From NCBI GenBank assembly GCA_039621445.1, contig CP154954.1, positions 30,446,395-30,510,394 on the forward strand: a DNA stretch of 64,000 nucleotides, read 5' to 3'. This document shows, piece after piece, positions 53,150 to 64,000 of this stretch. Positions within the stretch are counted from its first letter, which is position 1, and every line of letters starts with the position of its first letter. The translations under genes and the position numbers were made by a program. The stretch is from Euglena gracilis (Eukaryota). The notes under the pieces are model-generated. The model searched no databases, was not told the DNA's origin, and saw only the letters and a list, made by a program, of their open reading frames with translations.

Positions 53150-56100
53150 ATGGCGCCCGGGGGGCTGGCCGACGGCTATCACAGCACGCGGACTGTGCCG
53201 GGTGTGCCATTGTGCTTTGTCTGCAAGTTCCGGGTGCAACGGAAGTGAGCTGGCGGATTCCCCTCAAATTTCCTTTTTTTGTGAAACACTATTCAAAATC
53301 TACCCCCCCCCCCCCATGCCCAATGAACAAATGCCTTGACGTTTGTCACCTGAGTGTTCATGGGGGGTTCTCCCTTTTGGCTGGGGGCTATGAGGTGTAT
53401 TTTTTTTATAGCCAAAAATGATTTGTGACCACTTTTTTGCATACACATCCTTTCAAAGAATATGAGTGAGATTTTCATTTTGGTAAAAAAAACCTCCTCG
53501 AAAAGGGTGGCCGAAAAATGGCTCTCAGATCAAGAATGCACTGTTGCAGAACCATACTGGTAGCACAGTTGGATTTGCAGGCATGGATGGATGGTCTTAT
53601 GGTGCCATGGGGAGGCGGGGGAGGTTGACTCTCCCACCCGGCAGGTGGGGGTCTGTACCATCAGAAATTTTTACACCCACATCAAAATTTCACCCCACAG
53701 AGTAAAGGGAAGGAGCGACCTCTGCCAGCATGTAAGGTTTCTGGGCTTGGATAACAGTTGGGGGCGGGGGGACTGTCGACCCCACCCACCAGGGCATTGT
53801 GCACAACGACGTTTGGCATTTGTTGAATGCCTCCGCACATTTTTTTTTGCTTATTTTGCACCTTGTTTCCCCTTATTGTCGTTCTTTTGTATTGAGGAAT
53901 ATGGAAGCCGCGTGCATATAAGAGTGGTTGGTGTGTTGCGTACAGTGGTCTGCCTCTTTTCCCGGTCGGCTCTCAGCCCCCTCAGAACACCAGTTCTTTG
54001 CTCTTTGCTCGTCTTCTGGTGCGCTGCCTCCCCAGGGACGCCGTGCTTCACGGTGGATGGGTTCAGGCACGTCCGCCCCGAGTGTCAGCACTTCTTTCTC
54101 ACGTATGTTCACGGCGTGCAAGCTGCCATCTTCACAAGCTACACACACACTCGGCGCGCACAATGAAACGAGCCGAAGGCTCGTCGGATGGTTTGAACCT
54201 TTCATGGGACCCAAATCCTTTTTGTATGATCCTTTTTTTGAAGGGAAGACATTTCTTTCAAACAAAGTTAACTTTGATCAATGGAGGGTGAATGTTGTAA
54301 ATAAATTGTTCCCCGTATGTGTATGTGTGTGGGTGAGTGAGTTGCTTGTCTCATGTTTGCTGAAGGGCACCATTCTCTCTGAGGAGGGGCATGGGACACG
54401 ATCTGAGGCGTCATCCAGAGTTGAATGACCCACCCAAATCGATCGGGGCGGGGTCTTTTTGCGGTACCGGGGAGGGGGGGGGGGGGAGGGGAGGGCGGTG
54501 TACCCGGACCTGACAACCCCAAATGGAAGGAATCTTGCCCACAGAACGCCGCTATGCAAAGCCATTTCCATATTCAGTTTTTTTTGCTCCAAAAACTGGC
54601 ACCAGGGGTATATAGCACCACCCCGGTCTATTCCTCTTCCTTTCCAGTCACTTCCACACGGACCACTATGAGGGGCTGCGCAAGACGTTCCATGCTGGCA
54701 CCATCTGTATGCCTCAGCATACCCACCTGTATGGAATATGAACAATTTTTAATGAGCTGACTTGCTGCATTTAGAAATGTGTATATTTCAATCTGATTCA
54801 TTGCCGTTCCTCGGGTGACGGCAGCACCCGGGGCCATGCAACACGCGGAGCCGCTCTCCAGGTGGGTGCCAAGGGGCCGTGTCTCGCCCGCTTGGATTGA
54901 GCCGTGGGTGGCCCTGAGGGTCGGCATACCCTTGGGGTCTATGACGCGCCCACCCGCGGAGCATGAGCGCCCCGTCACCAGGCGGTCTGCCCCCACCAGC
55001 CGGGCGTCGGGGGCATCGACAAGGAAGGCCAGGCTGGATCCGAAACCGCCTGGCTCCTTTACCGCTGTGTGCGGAAAAGAGAGAGAGACGCGGGAAACCG
55101 CGGCCACCCCACAACGGGTGGAACAAAAGTCCCGGCCTTCCTTCCGGGCAACTAGCGCTTGCGAGCCCTTCGAGGCCAGGCGCATGGGACTGAAGCGCTT
55201 CCCCACACAGCCCAAGACGGCTAGGGGCTTGGAGTCCAGGTTGAGCCGACGCCGCAACCGCCCACGGCAAAAAGAATATGGGCTCCCGCCAGCTGACGCG
55301 GTTACAAACATCAGCTAGGCCACCCCACGCAGCAACCAAGGTGGTGCCTCTCGGCCTGCAAGCACTTGAGCGCAAAGTCCCGCCCGCACAGTCTCCAGTG
55401 CAAGTCGGCACAGAGGAAAGAGCCACGTGCGGGTGAAGCCCTTTACCCTCCTGGTGAGTCGCGGGTCGGGCTCCCCATACCTTGCTTGGGGTCGAAGCAA
55501 GTGGCTCTCTGCGGGAATTAATTGGCAGCTTTTGTCCCAAAAAAAGATGACTTTAGATAGATCGCCAAAACTCAAATGTGGAACTGGCACTCTGGAAATG
55601 AGTTGCAGAATGGCACGGCACATCTGATGATTCATTGAAAAAATATTTCAGACAAACCGAAAAAAGGGCCCCAAACTACACCAAAATGGTGCAACACTTG
55701 CCTATGTGGACATGGCAATTTTCAGACAAATTTGTTTGCAACCAGGGCAGGCAACTATTTTTTTTTTAGTGTTGGACCCGGGGGGGGAGTGGGGAGGGGG
55801 GTGGGGGGTGGGCCCCCCCCCCCGGAGGGTCCCCCCAGAGGGGGGTGGGATATATTTTTCAGTGTCGAAGGCGCGAAATTTTTGAAAAAGGTGCTATTTT
55901 TAGCATTTTCGCAATTTTTGGCCTTTTCGGGTAAAAGTGGGTTGGGTCCCCCGGGACCTCCCCCCGGTGGTGGGTGGGTGGGGGGACCCCCCCCCCCCGG
56001 TTTTAAGAAAAACCCGTTTGCAACCTCTCTGTCCCATAAAGCTCTGATGAGACACCAGATTCGTTGTTCTTTGCAGAGTCACACAGGAAGCATCTTTTAA

Positions 56101-59100
56101 AATTTTAAGCAATGGAAGGGAGGCGTGAATTTGAATTGTGCAATTTTTCGCACGTTTGGCATTTTTTTCTGTTTTCTTTTTTTTTTGCATGCCCTTGGAG
56201 GAAGGATGTACACGGGATATTTTGTGTAGTTTCAAAGGTTTTTATAGCTTTTCCCCCTGCCCCATGGACACACGCACTTGTCTGACAGAGTTAGTAAATC
56301 TGTTATCAAATTTCAATTCAGGGGAATATCAATAAAAAAAATAGTATCAATCGATTCTCGAAATGCTTTTTTGTATTTGGCCATGAGATGGCCACAATTC
56401 AGCCGCAGGAATTGTGAAATTTTTGTTGTTCTTTTTATCCAGGGGCTTAGACGGCCGGGAATTCACTTTTCATTTTTGGTGGTTTTTTGCGCACCTGCGC
56501 ATTCTTTTGTGACCAAGTGTGTCGCCATCACTTGACGGGGCGGCCGACCTGTCAACTGAAACCCCTGGTACCAAAGTGGGTACCACTGCTTTCGACCCCT
56601 GGGTTTTTTCCTGGGCAAACCGACTTTTTTCGTTTTGAAAATGACGGTTTTGCACCTCCGCCGACCGAGGGAAAACCCCCATCTGCCGAAGTAGGTGCGA
56701 CACAAAACACTGTTTTACGAGGACGAAACCTCGTCAGGTGGAGGCGTTGTACCTGTCGCTGTCCCCCCTGCTTTGTGGTGCCGAGTGAATGCGCAGGTGC
56801 GCATTCACCCTCCTCCCCGTCCTGGCCTGTTCCTGAAGCTTTGGACGGTTATTGTGGCTCCCGGGGGTGGTTGTGGGAAGGGGGTACCGTGGTCTCTACG
56901 GTTTGGGTGGAGAGGAGGTTCTGTGCTCTGTGCTGGAAGCAGGGCACGAGGGGGCGCTAGCGAATGTTTGGGGTGTGCGTGTAGTCTGTATTCAGAGAGT
57001 GGTGGGGTGTGTGTTAAAATCCACACCAGATGTCTGTAGGGGAGGGCTCGTCACCCTCCTCAGGCTGCCTGCTGTTTGCAATCCCACACGGTGCACTGCA
57101 CCCCTCCTTGACACTTGCAGGCACAGCATCCCTCCAGTAACGCATGCAGTCTGCTCCTCATGTGCCTTCTCATAGGCACCACGGCACATCACCATGTGCG
57201 ACCACCTGTGTTAGGTCTGACGTTTGGGATGTGGTGCTGGGTATGGAAGGGGGGGGGGCTGGCTTGCACTCCTCTCCTGTGTGACACTGGTTTTAAAAGC
57301 TACGGAGCGGAGCCCCACTTCAACCCTTTTTGCCACAGACAACACCCTCCCGAACAGCCCTCACAAACGATGTAAAATGGCTCCTCTCCGAGCTTGCATG
57401 AGGCTCAAGAATGCGCACGTGCGCACTCTTGAGGCCATTCCTTCGCTGGCTGGTTGTGATTATATCTGCAGGAGAGCAGGAGGGGAGCAGTGCTGGGCAA
57501 CCACAAGAGTGCGCCTGCGCATTCCGTGAGGGGGAGTGCGCAGGTGCGCATTCTCTGTGCTGTGGGGAGCTGTGTCTCGCACTCCTGAACCCAGTGCCAG
57601 CACAGCATTGTGGCAGGGCCACTCCCATGGTGCACTGCTGGCCTTTTTGTTGACGATTTCAGAGGCATCTCATTGCACAGGTGGATGCCGCCAGAGCAGG
57701 GCGGACGTCTCCCTGGCTGTGCCTCCACCTTGTGTGCTGAGTTGTTGGGCATGGCCTTGTACAGCAACCTCCTCCTACCAGGGTGCTTTAAGGGGAGACA
57801 CAAGAAGGGAATGTGCATGTGTGCATTCACCCTGATGCGCCATGTTTGACTGCAGCCATCGCGGATGGGGTGTGTGGAGAAGGTGTGTGCATATGTGCTT
57901 TCCCTGGTCTTCACAGCGGCCAAGGGTTGTGCAGTTTGCAGTGTTGGTGCGTCGACTCTGAGTACATGATAAAAAAGGGTTCTATGTGGTGGGTGGTTTT
58001 TGTTGCCAACAAGGCCACAGGTGGTGGTCATCCTCTGCCTTGTTTCGCTCCAGGGCTGCCTCGTCCTCGGACACCATTCGATCCTCGCAGGGAGGTCTAC
58101 TCTTCAGCCGTGTGGTTTCAAACCCAGGCCAGGCGGGGGGAGTTGGCGTGGGTGGTGGCATACCCACCTGGGAGTGAAAATATTCGACGGTGTGGCTGTC
58201 ATTCAAAGAAAGGCACAGGACGATTTTTTTGCGCATGTGCGCATTCACCGACTTTTCATTCATGCCATGAAGGACTGCTGACCGCATTTGGGAATCAGGG
58301 TGCCCGTCACCGAGGAATTTCCTCGGGCACTGAAGTCCCTTTCTCATCCGTATGCCCTTGGTACGACACAGTGTAATACACAGAAAAAGCAGAACGAAAA
58401 ATTTCTTGGGTTTATCGGCAAGTTTTTGTTGTGATGTGCTTGTGCCTGTCACACGATCTCAAGGGCCTGGAGAAAATTTGGGGCAAGGACTAACCAGTGG
58501 TGTTCGCTTCTTTGAGTCCATTTGGATTGTGAATTAATTCTGTGTTCACAGACCGTTTTTGGGAATGATGTCGAAGGTGGTGACAGGCGTGTTTCGCTCT
58601 CGGGGTGCCAACCCCGTGGGCTGTGTGTGGTACCAGACACAATCCCCTGCGTTGACCCTAATTGTGGGGCACAGTGCTCCTGGCACCATGCACTGCAGCC
58701 CAACATAAGGTTGTTCAGGGAGCCAAATAGCTGTGTGATGCCATGCACGCTCTGGGGCGTGGGGTCGGACAACGCTGGCAGCAGCCTCCCTATCACCTCC
58801 CCCAGGTGGGGGACGGTTGCATGTGCGTTGTGACTTGCTCCACATGTTCATTAGAGCAGTGTCACTCGGCTGGGCACTGGACTGCAGCGGGTGAAGTGGA
58901 ATGCGCAGGTGCGCATTCTGATTTGTTCGGTGACTTGCACTGCAGCGGGTTAGTTCCCCTGTCACTGAAGGACATTAATTCGTGCCTTGACACCTGCCGT
59001 CGCCGAGCCCAGGGTTTTCTATGCTGCTGCAGGTGTCGTGTATCAGGGTGTTGTCTAGTACCGCGACATGGTTGCCCAGGGTGATTTTGTTGGTGCATCT

Positions 59101-61930
59101 CCCCCTCACACACCCATGTTCTGCAAGCCCGAAACAGGCTTCTTTTTAAGTCACCTGACCCCCCCCCCCCCCGGGGGGGGGGGTGGGTGGGTGGGTCCGG
59201 GCCGGACCCCCCCCCGGGGGGGGGGGTCCCGCGCCGGAGGCGCTGGGTATACCTTTTCGGCGCGAAGCGCCGAAAATTTTTGAAAATTGCCTTTAACGGG
59301 CCCGATTTTGGGGGGGTCACCGGACCCCACCCCCCCCACCGGGGGGGGGGGCCCGCGCCCCCCTGGGTGGGTGGGGGGGACCCCCCCCTCCCCCCCCGGG
59401 GGTCTTAAAAAGAAGCCTGGCCAAAAACCACATCACAGCGGTGCACAGCTCGCATTCAAGGCAGGCAAACAACAGGCCATACCCAGTGTGCCCTTCAATG
59501 CGCGTGTGCACATTCCCCCTTTCCATAGCCTGTGCCCATTCCAAAAAATGCGCACCTGCGCATTCTTTGAGGTTTCCAAAAATGCGCAGGTGCGCATTCT
59601 TCGGCCCTGATATTCAGTGACACCCCCATTGTTTTGACCTTGGGAGGGCTGTGTCTCTGTGGCTGCAAGGTGTTCCCTCCCATGCTCATCCCAGGTTCAC
59701 CAGGCCCTGCCCCCAGAAGCCATCAGCACACATCGGTGAACACAAGGTGTCACACCCAGGTCCAGGTTGGCTTGCGTCGCCCGTGTTCCGCATGCCATGT
59801 GGAGTGTGCCCAGTGTGGTGTCCATCCACGCACTGTACCACAGTCGTCGTAAAACATCCGTAAACAGCATGATACGTGGTTGAAGCAGGATACTAGGGGG
59901 TGGTTCCTGGGGTCGCGTTGAATCCAAACAGCTCATTTTTATGGTGTTTACCCCCAGTCTGGAAGACGCACAGAACCATCCGGAATGCGCACCTGCGCAC
60001 TCCGCGTCCAAAATGCGCGTATGCGCATTTTCACTAAAACTGCCTAAGTTTTGTGACTCAACAAGAAAAGTGCATTCCCGGCCGTCTAAGAGGGGTTTAT
60101 GTTTGAGTTCAGGAATGCAGCCTCACAGTTGATACATCAAAATCTGATTCTAGTTTTTTCTTTAAAAGCGGCCTTTTTTTTCAAAGTATTAGGGATCTCA
60201 GTGACAAATGCGTATAATACGGTTTGTATGTCATTAGTTTGTTTGTTAGTCAATAGTCCCCCCTCCTCGACCGCTCCAGACTGCTCCCCGATGACGGCCA
60301 CCCTCGTCATTCACGTCCTCGGTGTCAGCCCGGAGGTGGTCCGGCCACTGCCCCTTGACACCGAGGTGGACGTCTGCGGTGTGCTCCGCTGTGGCTGCCC
60401 CCCCCCCCCCCCGCCGCCTCCCAGGGGGACAGGCAGCTCCCCAGCTGACCACAAAGCACCGACAGAGAAATGCGCATGTGGTCGCGCATTTCTTGAAAAG
60501 TCAACACGTCTGTGATTCCCCGGAAATCGGACGCGTCGCCGTGGCCGGGCAATTCAACTCTGGATGGGCCGAGGGATGGGTTTTGGTCGGGACCGCGGTG
60601 CGTCCGCATCGGGTGGCGGGGCCGGCAGGCATCCGGGTGGTGGCGGTGAACGCAAACCACTGCCCCGGCGCGGTGATGCTGGTCTTCCACACCCCCGCCG
60701 GCGTGGCCCTCTTCACCGGTGTGGTGGCCCCATCCCCTCCGTCCCAAGGACCCCCCCCCCAGAGCCAGACTGCAATCTCAGGCGATACCTTCACCCGGGG
60801 GGGGGCCGGGAGGTATGGTCAAAGTGCCTGAACACTCAGTCCAGAGAATGCATCTCTTTAAGGTTTTGCAGCCCCCCCCCCCCAAGGGGCTGCTTAGCCT
60901 GCCCGGGTTTTGGTCCACCCCACCGTAGCACCCCAAGGGCCGGTGGGGGAGTTGCTGCTAACCCACCAAGTGTCTCTTGTTGTTGGGTCTGCCGATTTTT
61001 TTTTGGGAAAAGTCACAAAAACGAGCCGCTTTGAGGGATTTAAGAGTTCACAGTGCTTGCTTGCTTGCTTGCTATCGCATGATGACTTTTTTTGAAATCA
61101 ATTTGTGGTTGCTCTTTTTTTTTGACAGTTTTCGAATTTCAAAAGCGCTGGCCAGCCCAAGTTTTAAGCCTGAGCCAGGGTTTGATATAAGGAGGGCGTA
61201 CATGGTTTAGGTGGGGGGTGTCCCCCCACCCCCCCCCTCCTGGCCCGCAGGGGGGGTCCGGACCACCCCCCCCACCTGCCAGGGGGGTCCGGACCGACCC
61301 TCGGGGGGGGTTTCCGGGACCCCCCCAAAAAGGGTCAATTTTTTCCTCCGGCGCTTTGCGCCGAAAATTTTTTGCATTTTTGGCACATTTTTGCCCAAAA
61401 AGTGCCCAAAATGGCACTTTTGGTCGTTTTGGGGGGTCAAAATTTTTCGGTCACCCTAACCGCGCACCTGTTTAGGTGGGGGGGGTGTCCCCCCCACCCC
61501 CCCCCCCTCCTGGCCCGCAGGGGGGGGTCCGGACCCCCCCCACCTGTCCTTATATCGAACCCTGGCCTGAGCCCAGCAACCCCCCAGGTGATCGTTAAAG
61601 GGCTGTGTGGTTCAGAGCACTCCGGCCCCCAAGGTGCCGGAAGCCATTTTTTGTCAAATCAACACCCACCGACCGTTCCGCTTGTGCCAACCCCCCCTTG
61701 AATCAAAAACAGCAGGTACAGAACCGCCATGTGATGCCACGCCCAGGGGTGTACCATCCGCCCTCAGGGCTCCCTGTCCCTCCGCAGGGGACTTTCGGTA
61801 CACCCCGGAGATGCGCCGCCACCCGCTGCTCCGGGAGTTGGCTGCGCAGCCGACGCTGTGCGGTGTGGACCGGCTCTTCCTCGACAACACGTTCGGCCAG
61901 CCGAAGGCTGCATTCCCACCGCAGGCCGAG
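53150..61930 (+). CDS. DNA cross-link repair SNM1/PSO2/DCLRE1-family metallo-beta-lactamase (beta-CASP) nuclease, 3'-partial
   Basis: Exons 53150-53201, 54036-54102, 54648-54706, 60280-60378, 60629-60718 and 61788-61930, all with GT-AG introns: FTVDGFR...HFFLTHFHTDHYEGL...IYCSPMTA...ANHCPGAVMLVF...LFTGDFR...LFLDNTF...FPPQAE. HxHxDH motif present. The gene continues beyond the window. Confidence 0.92.
54804..55627 (+). mobile_element. Structured SINE-like/retroposed insert
   Basis: Flanked by the direct repeat TGATTCATTG (54794-54803, 55628-55637). Many hairpins and no recognisable ORF. Confidence 0.5.
55743..56016. mobile_element. hAT-like MITE
   Basis: Starts CAGGG; right end of the TTAAGAAAAACCC type; perfect TSD TTTGCAAC. 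Confidence 0.75.
56446..60090. mobile_element. 3.6-kb TIR DNA element, superfamily unassigned
   Basis: 26-bp TIR CTTAGACGGCCGGGAATKCACTTTTC; AGGGG on both flanks (5-bp TSD); about 10 internal AATGCGCA-NN-TGCGCATT palindromes; solo end at ~15225-15287. Confidence 0.8.
59135..59419. mobile_element. hAT-like MITE nested in the 3.6-kb TIR element
   Basis: Perfect TIR CAGGCTTCTTTTTAAG; TSD GCCCGAAA/GCCAAAAA (6/8). Confidence 0.8.
61176..61564. mobile_element. hAT-like MITE family A
   Basis: Same TIR; perfect TSD GCCTGAGC (61168-61175, 61565-61572). Lies in intron 5 of the SNM1-like gene. Confidence 0.92.
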
Positions 61931-62810
61931 GTGTGTGGCACACAGCCCCGCGTGCACCGGGGACCCCTCTAATGTGCAGCCTCAATGTCAGACACCCACA
62001 CCCATACCCACACCTATACCCACACCCGCACACACTCCCGCACACATGCACACACGCGCGCGCACACACATGTGCACACACACACACACACCCATATGCA
62101 AGCACCTATAGTAAAAATGGCCGAAAATGGCCGAAAATTGCCGAAAATGACCGAGAATGAAATTTTGGGCTCTATAGGTGGGGGTTCCGAAATTTGCCGA
62201 AAATGGCCGAAAATGGCCGAAAATGGCCGAAAATGAGAAAAAATTTGTTGCAAATTTTTTTCGAGTTTTTTTTTTGCCTGACAGTTTCTTTTTCCCTGAG
62301 GGGCAATTTTCAGTGCGACTGATTCTTGTCTCTGTGCAGCCTCTCTTCTTTTGTTATTATGCCAGGCCCTGCAACGCATGCTGCTCAAAGAACCACCTCC
62401 GAAAGGGTTATTTGGGCCAAAGCTGAATGTTTTGATGGCATTTCAGAAAATTTTGGTGACAAGGGCGATGCTGGCATTTTTTTTTAACCCATTTTTGGGA
62501 TAATTTCTTCACAAATCTCCAGTATTACACTCATCTTGACCATTTTGGATGATTTTTTGCTAATTGGGGATATTTTGCACTGATTCAGCAAATTTTGGGC
62601 TAATTTGGGTCAATATGAGCACATTTGTCAATATGGCATTTTTGTCCATTTTGCGCCATTTTGGTGAATTTTTTCACATTTTTTTTGTGGTATTGTTGGC
62701 GTTTTTGGGCAAGTTTATGTTATTTGAAGCCATTTTAGGTCATTTTGGTTGCTTTTTGGGACTTTTGTGGTCAATTTTAAGCTTTTTGTGGTCATTTTTG
62801 GGGGTTTCTG

Positions 62811-63337
62811 CAGGGGGGGGGGGGGAATTGATATCCGCAATTTTTCCGCAATTTCCGCAATTTTCCGAAAATTTCCGCAATTTTCCGAAATTTTCCGCAA
62901 TTTTTCCGCAATTTCCGCAATTTTTCCGCAATTTTTTCCCATTTTTTTTCCGCAGAATTTTTTTCCCACCACCGAAGATGGAAGATGCAATGAGTTCAAG
63001 CCATTCTTCAAATGGATCAACAGGTGTGCTATTGTGTTTTGTTGTTTTTTCCCCCCAGTTTACCAATTTTTCTCACAGGTGCACCACTGGTCACAGGATT
63101 GGGTGCGTCCCACCTGTGCAAAGAACATCAAGCGTTTTGATTTGTGCTCGCCTGCATCGACGTGGGTGTTGCGGTGTTCTGAACCTCACAATTGAAAATT
63201 TTCTAAGTCCCCTCAGACAGAAATGTGTATACCCGATATCAATTTTTCCGCAATTTTTCCGCAATTTCCGCAATTTTTCCGCAATTTTTCCGCAATTTTT
63301 CCGAAGGCCTCCGCTATCAATTATTCCCCCCCCCCTG
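62811..63337. mobile_element. MITE with TTTCCGCAA subterminal arrays
   Basis: Ends CAG(G)nAAT...ATT(C)nTG; flanked by GTTTCTG on both sides. Confidence 0.7.
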
Positions 63338-63369
63338 GTTTCTGTGGTCATTTTGCTAGGTTGGGAGCC

Positions 63370-63725
63370 AGTGGATGCAGTGGTTGCAGATACTGGACAA
63401 GATGCAGTGGATGCATATGCTGTACAAGATGTAGACACTGGACAAGATGCAGATGCTGGACAAGATGCAGATGCTGGACAAGATGCAGATGCTGGACAAG
63501 ATGCAGATGCTGGACAAGATGCAGATGCTGGACAAGATGCAGATGCTGTACATGATGTAGATGCTGTTCAAGATGCAGATGCTGGACAAGATGCAGACAC
63601 TGGACAAGATGCCGCTGCCGTACAAGATGCAGATGCTGGACAAGATGCACACACCAGACAAGATGCAGTGATTACTGATGCAATGGATGTAGATATTGGA
63701 CAAGATGTAGATGCTGCACAAGATG
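63370..63725 (+). repeat. 18-bp minisatellite GATGCTGGACAAGATGCA (reads DAGQDA)
   Basis: About 19 variant units, in frame with the hATC-like segment. Confidence 0.9.
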
Positions 63726-63820
63726 CGATGTTGAACAAGGTGCAGACATTGGACAATTGGGTGAGCGCATTTGATGTCAATATTTCAACATTATGGGCCG
63801 ATCACATGTTTGTTTGCTTT

Positions 63821-63958
63821 TATTCTGCCGCTCAAGCTGAGCGCATTTTCTCCCAATTTCGCCACATCCAGACGGATGATCGTCTCAACATGACGGATGA
63901 AATTTTACATCAAGGCTTCTTTGAAGTCATGCCTCTCTTCTCCTGCCATTATGCCTGA
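63821..63958 (+). pseudogene. hAT transposase C-terminal dimerisation-domain remnant
   Basis: YSAAQAERIFSQFRHIQTDDRLNMTDEILHQ fits the hATC pattern S-x-x-x-x-ER-x-FS...T-x-x-R-x-x-L/M-x-x-E. It lies downstream of a CAAGCACCTATAG end (62099) related to the 47907 TIR. Confidence 0.6.
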
Positions 63959-64000
63959 CCGTGGAACACATGCTGCTCAAAGAACCACCTCTGAATGGGT

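Noticed and set aside
55126-55150. SRP RNA helix-8-like CCGGAAGGAAG on the minus strand
   Set aside because: The flanking CAGG and AGCAG elements of the conserved loop are absent.
62564-63958. 464-aa ORF as a real gene
   Set aside because: It runs through T-rich repeat DNA, a MITE and a minisatellite. Only the last ~45 aa look protein-derived.

Overview
Eukaryotic nuclear DNA, most likely from a euglenid (Euglena-like). The basis is GC-rich mini-exons in long repeat-filled introns, GTGTG-type donors, and many non-GT-AG hairpin introns. Four + strand multi-exon genes were reconstructed by hand: an FSH1/OVCA2-type serine hydrolase (5'-partial, 399-6138), a secreted GDSL/SGNH lipase (7634-~15012, 3' end not found), a PIG3-type NADPH:quinone oxidoreductase (32918-50963) and an SNM1/DCLRE1 metallo-beta-lactamase nuclease (53150-61930, 3'-partial). 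Main finding: nine nonconventional introns have inverted-repeat ends (CAG/CAC at +4 pairing with CTG/GTG/ATG at -8..-6), and restoring the reading frame removes exactly 3+5=8 nt outside the stem. The window also holds many CAG...CTG MITEs with perfect 8-bp target-site duplications (TSDs) and a hAT-like C-terminal dimerisation remnant. Two intron junctions retain 7/8-identical 8-bp direct repeats. This suggests the introns are hAT-MITE insertions spliced out together with one TSD copy. Also present are a 3.6-kb TIR element with a 5-bp TSD, a highly folded ~0.8-kb TSD-flanked insert, a telomere-template-like motif behind a hairpin, and segments that look like long-read assembly noise. All calls come from reading the sequence; no database searches were run.
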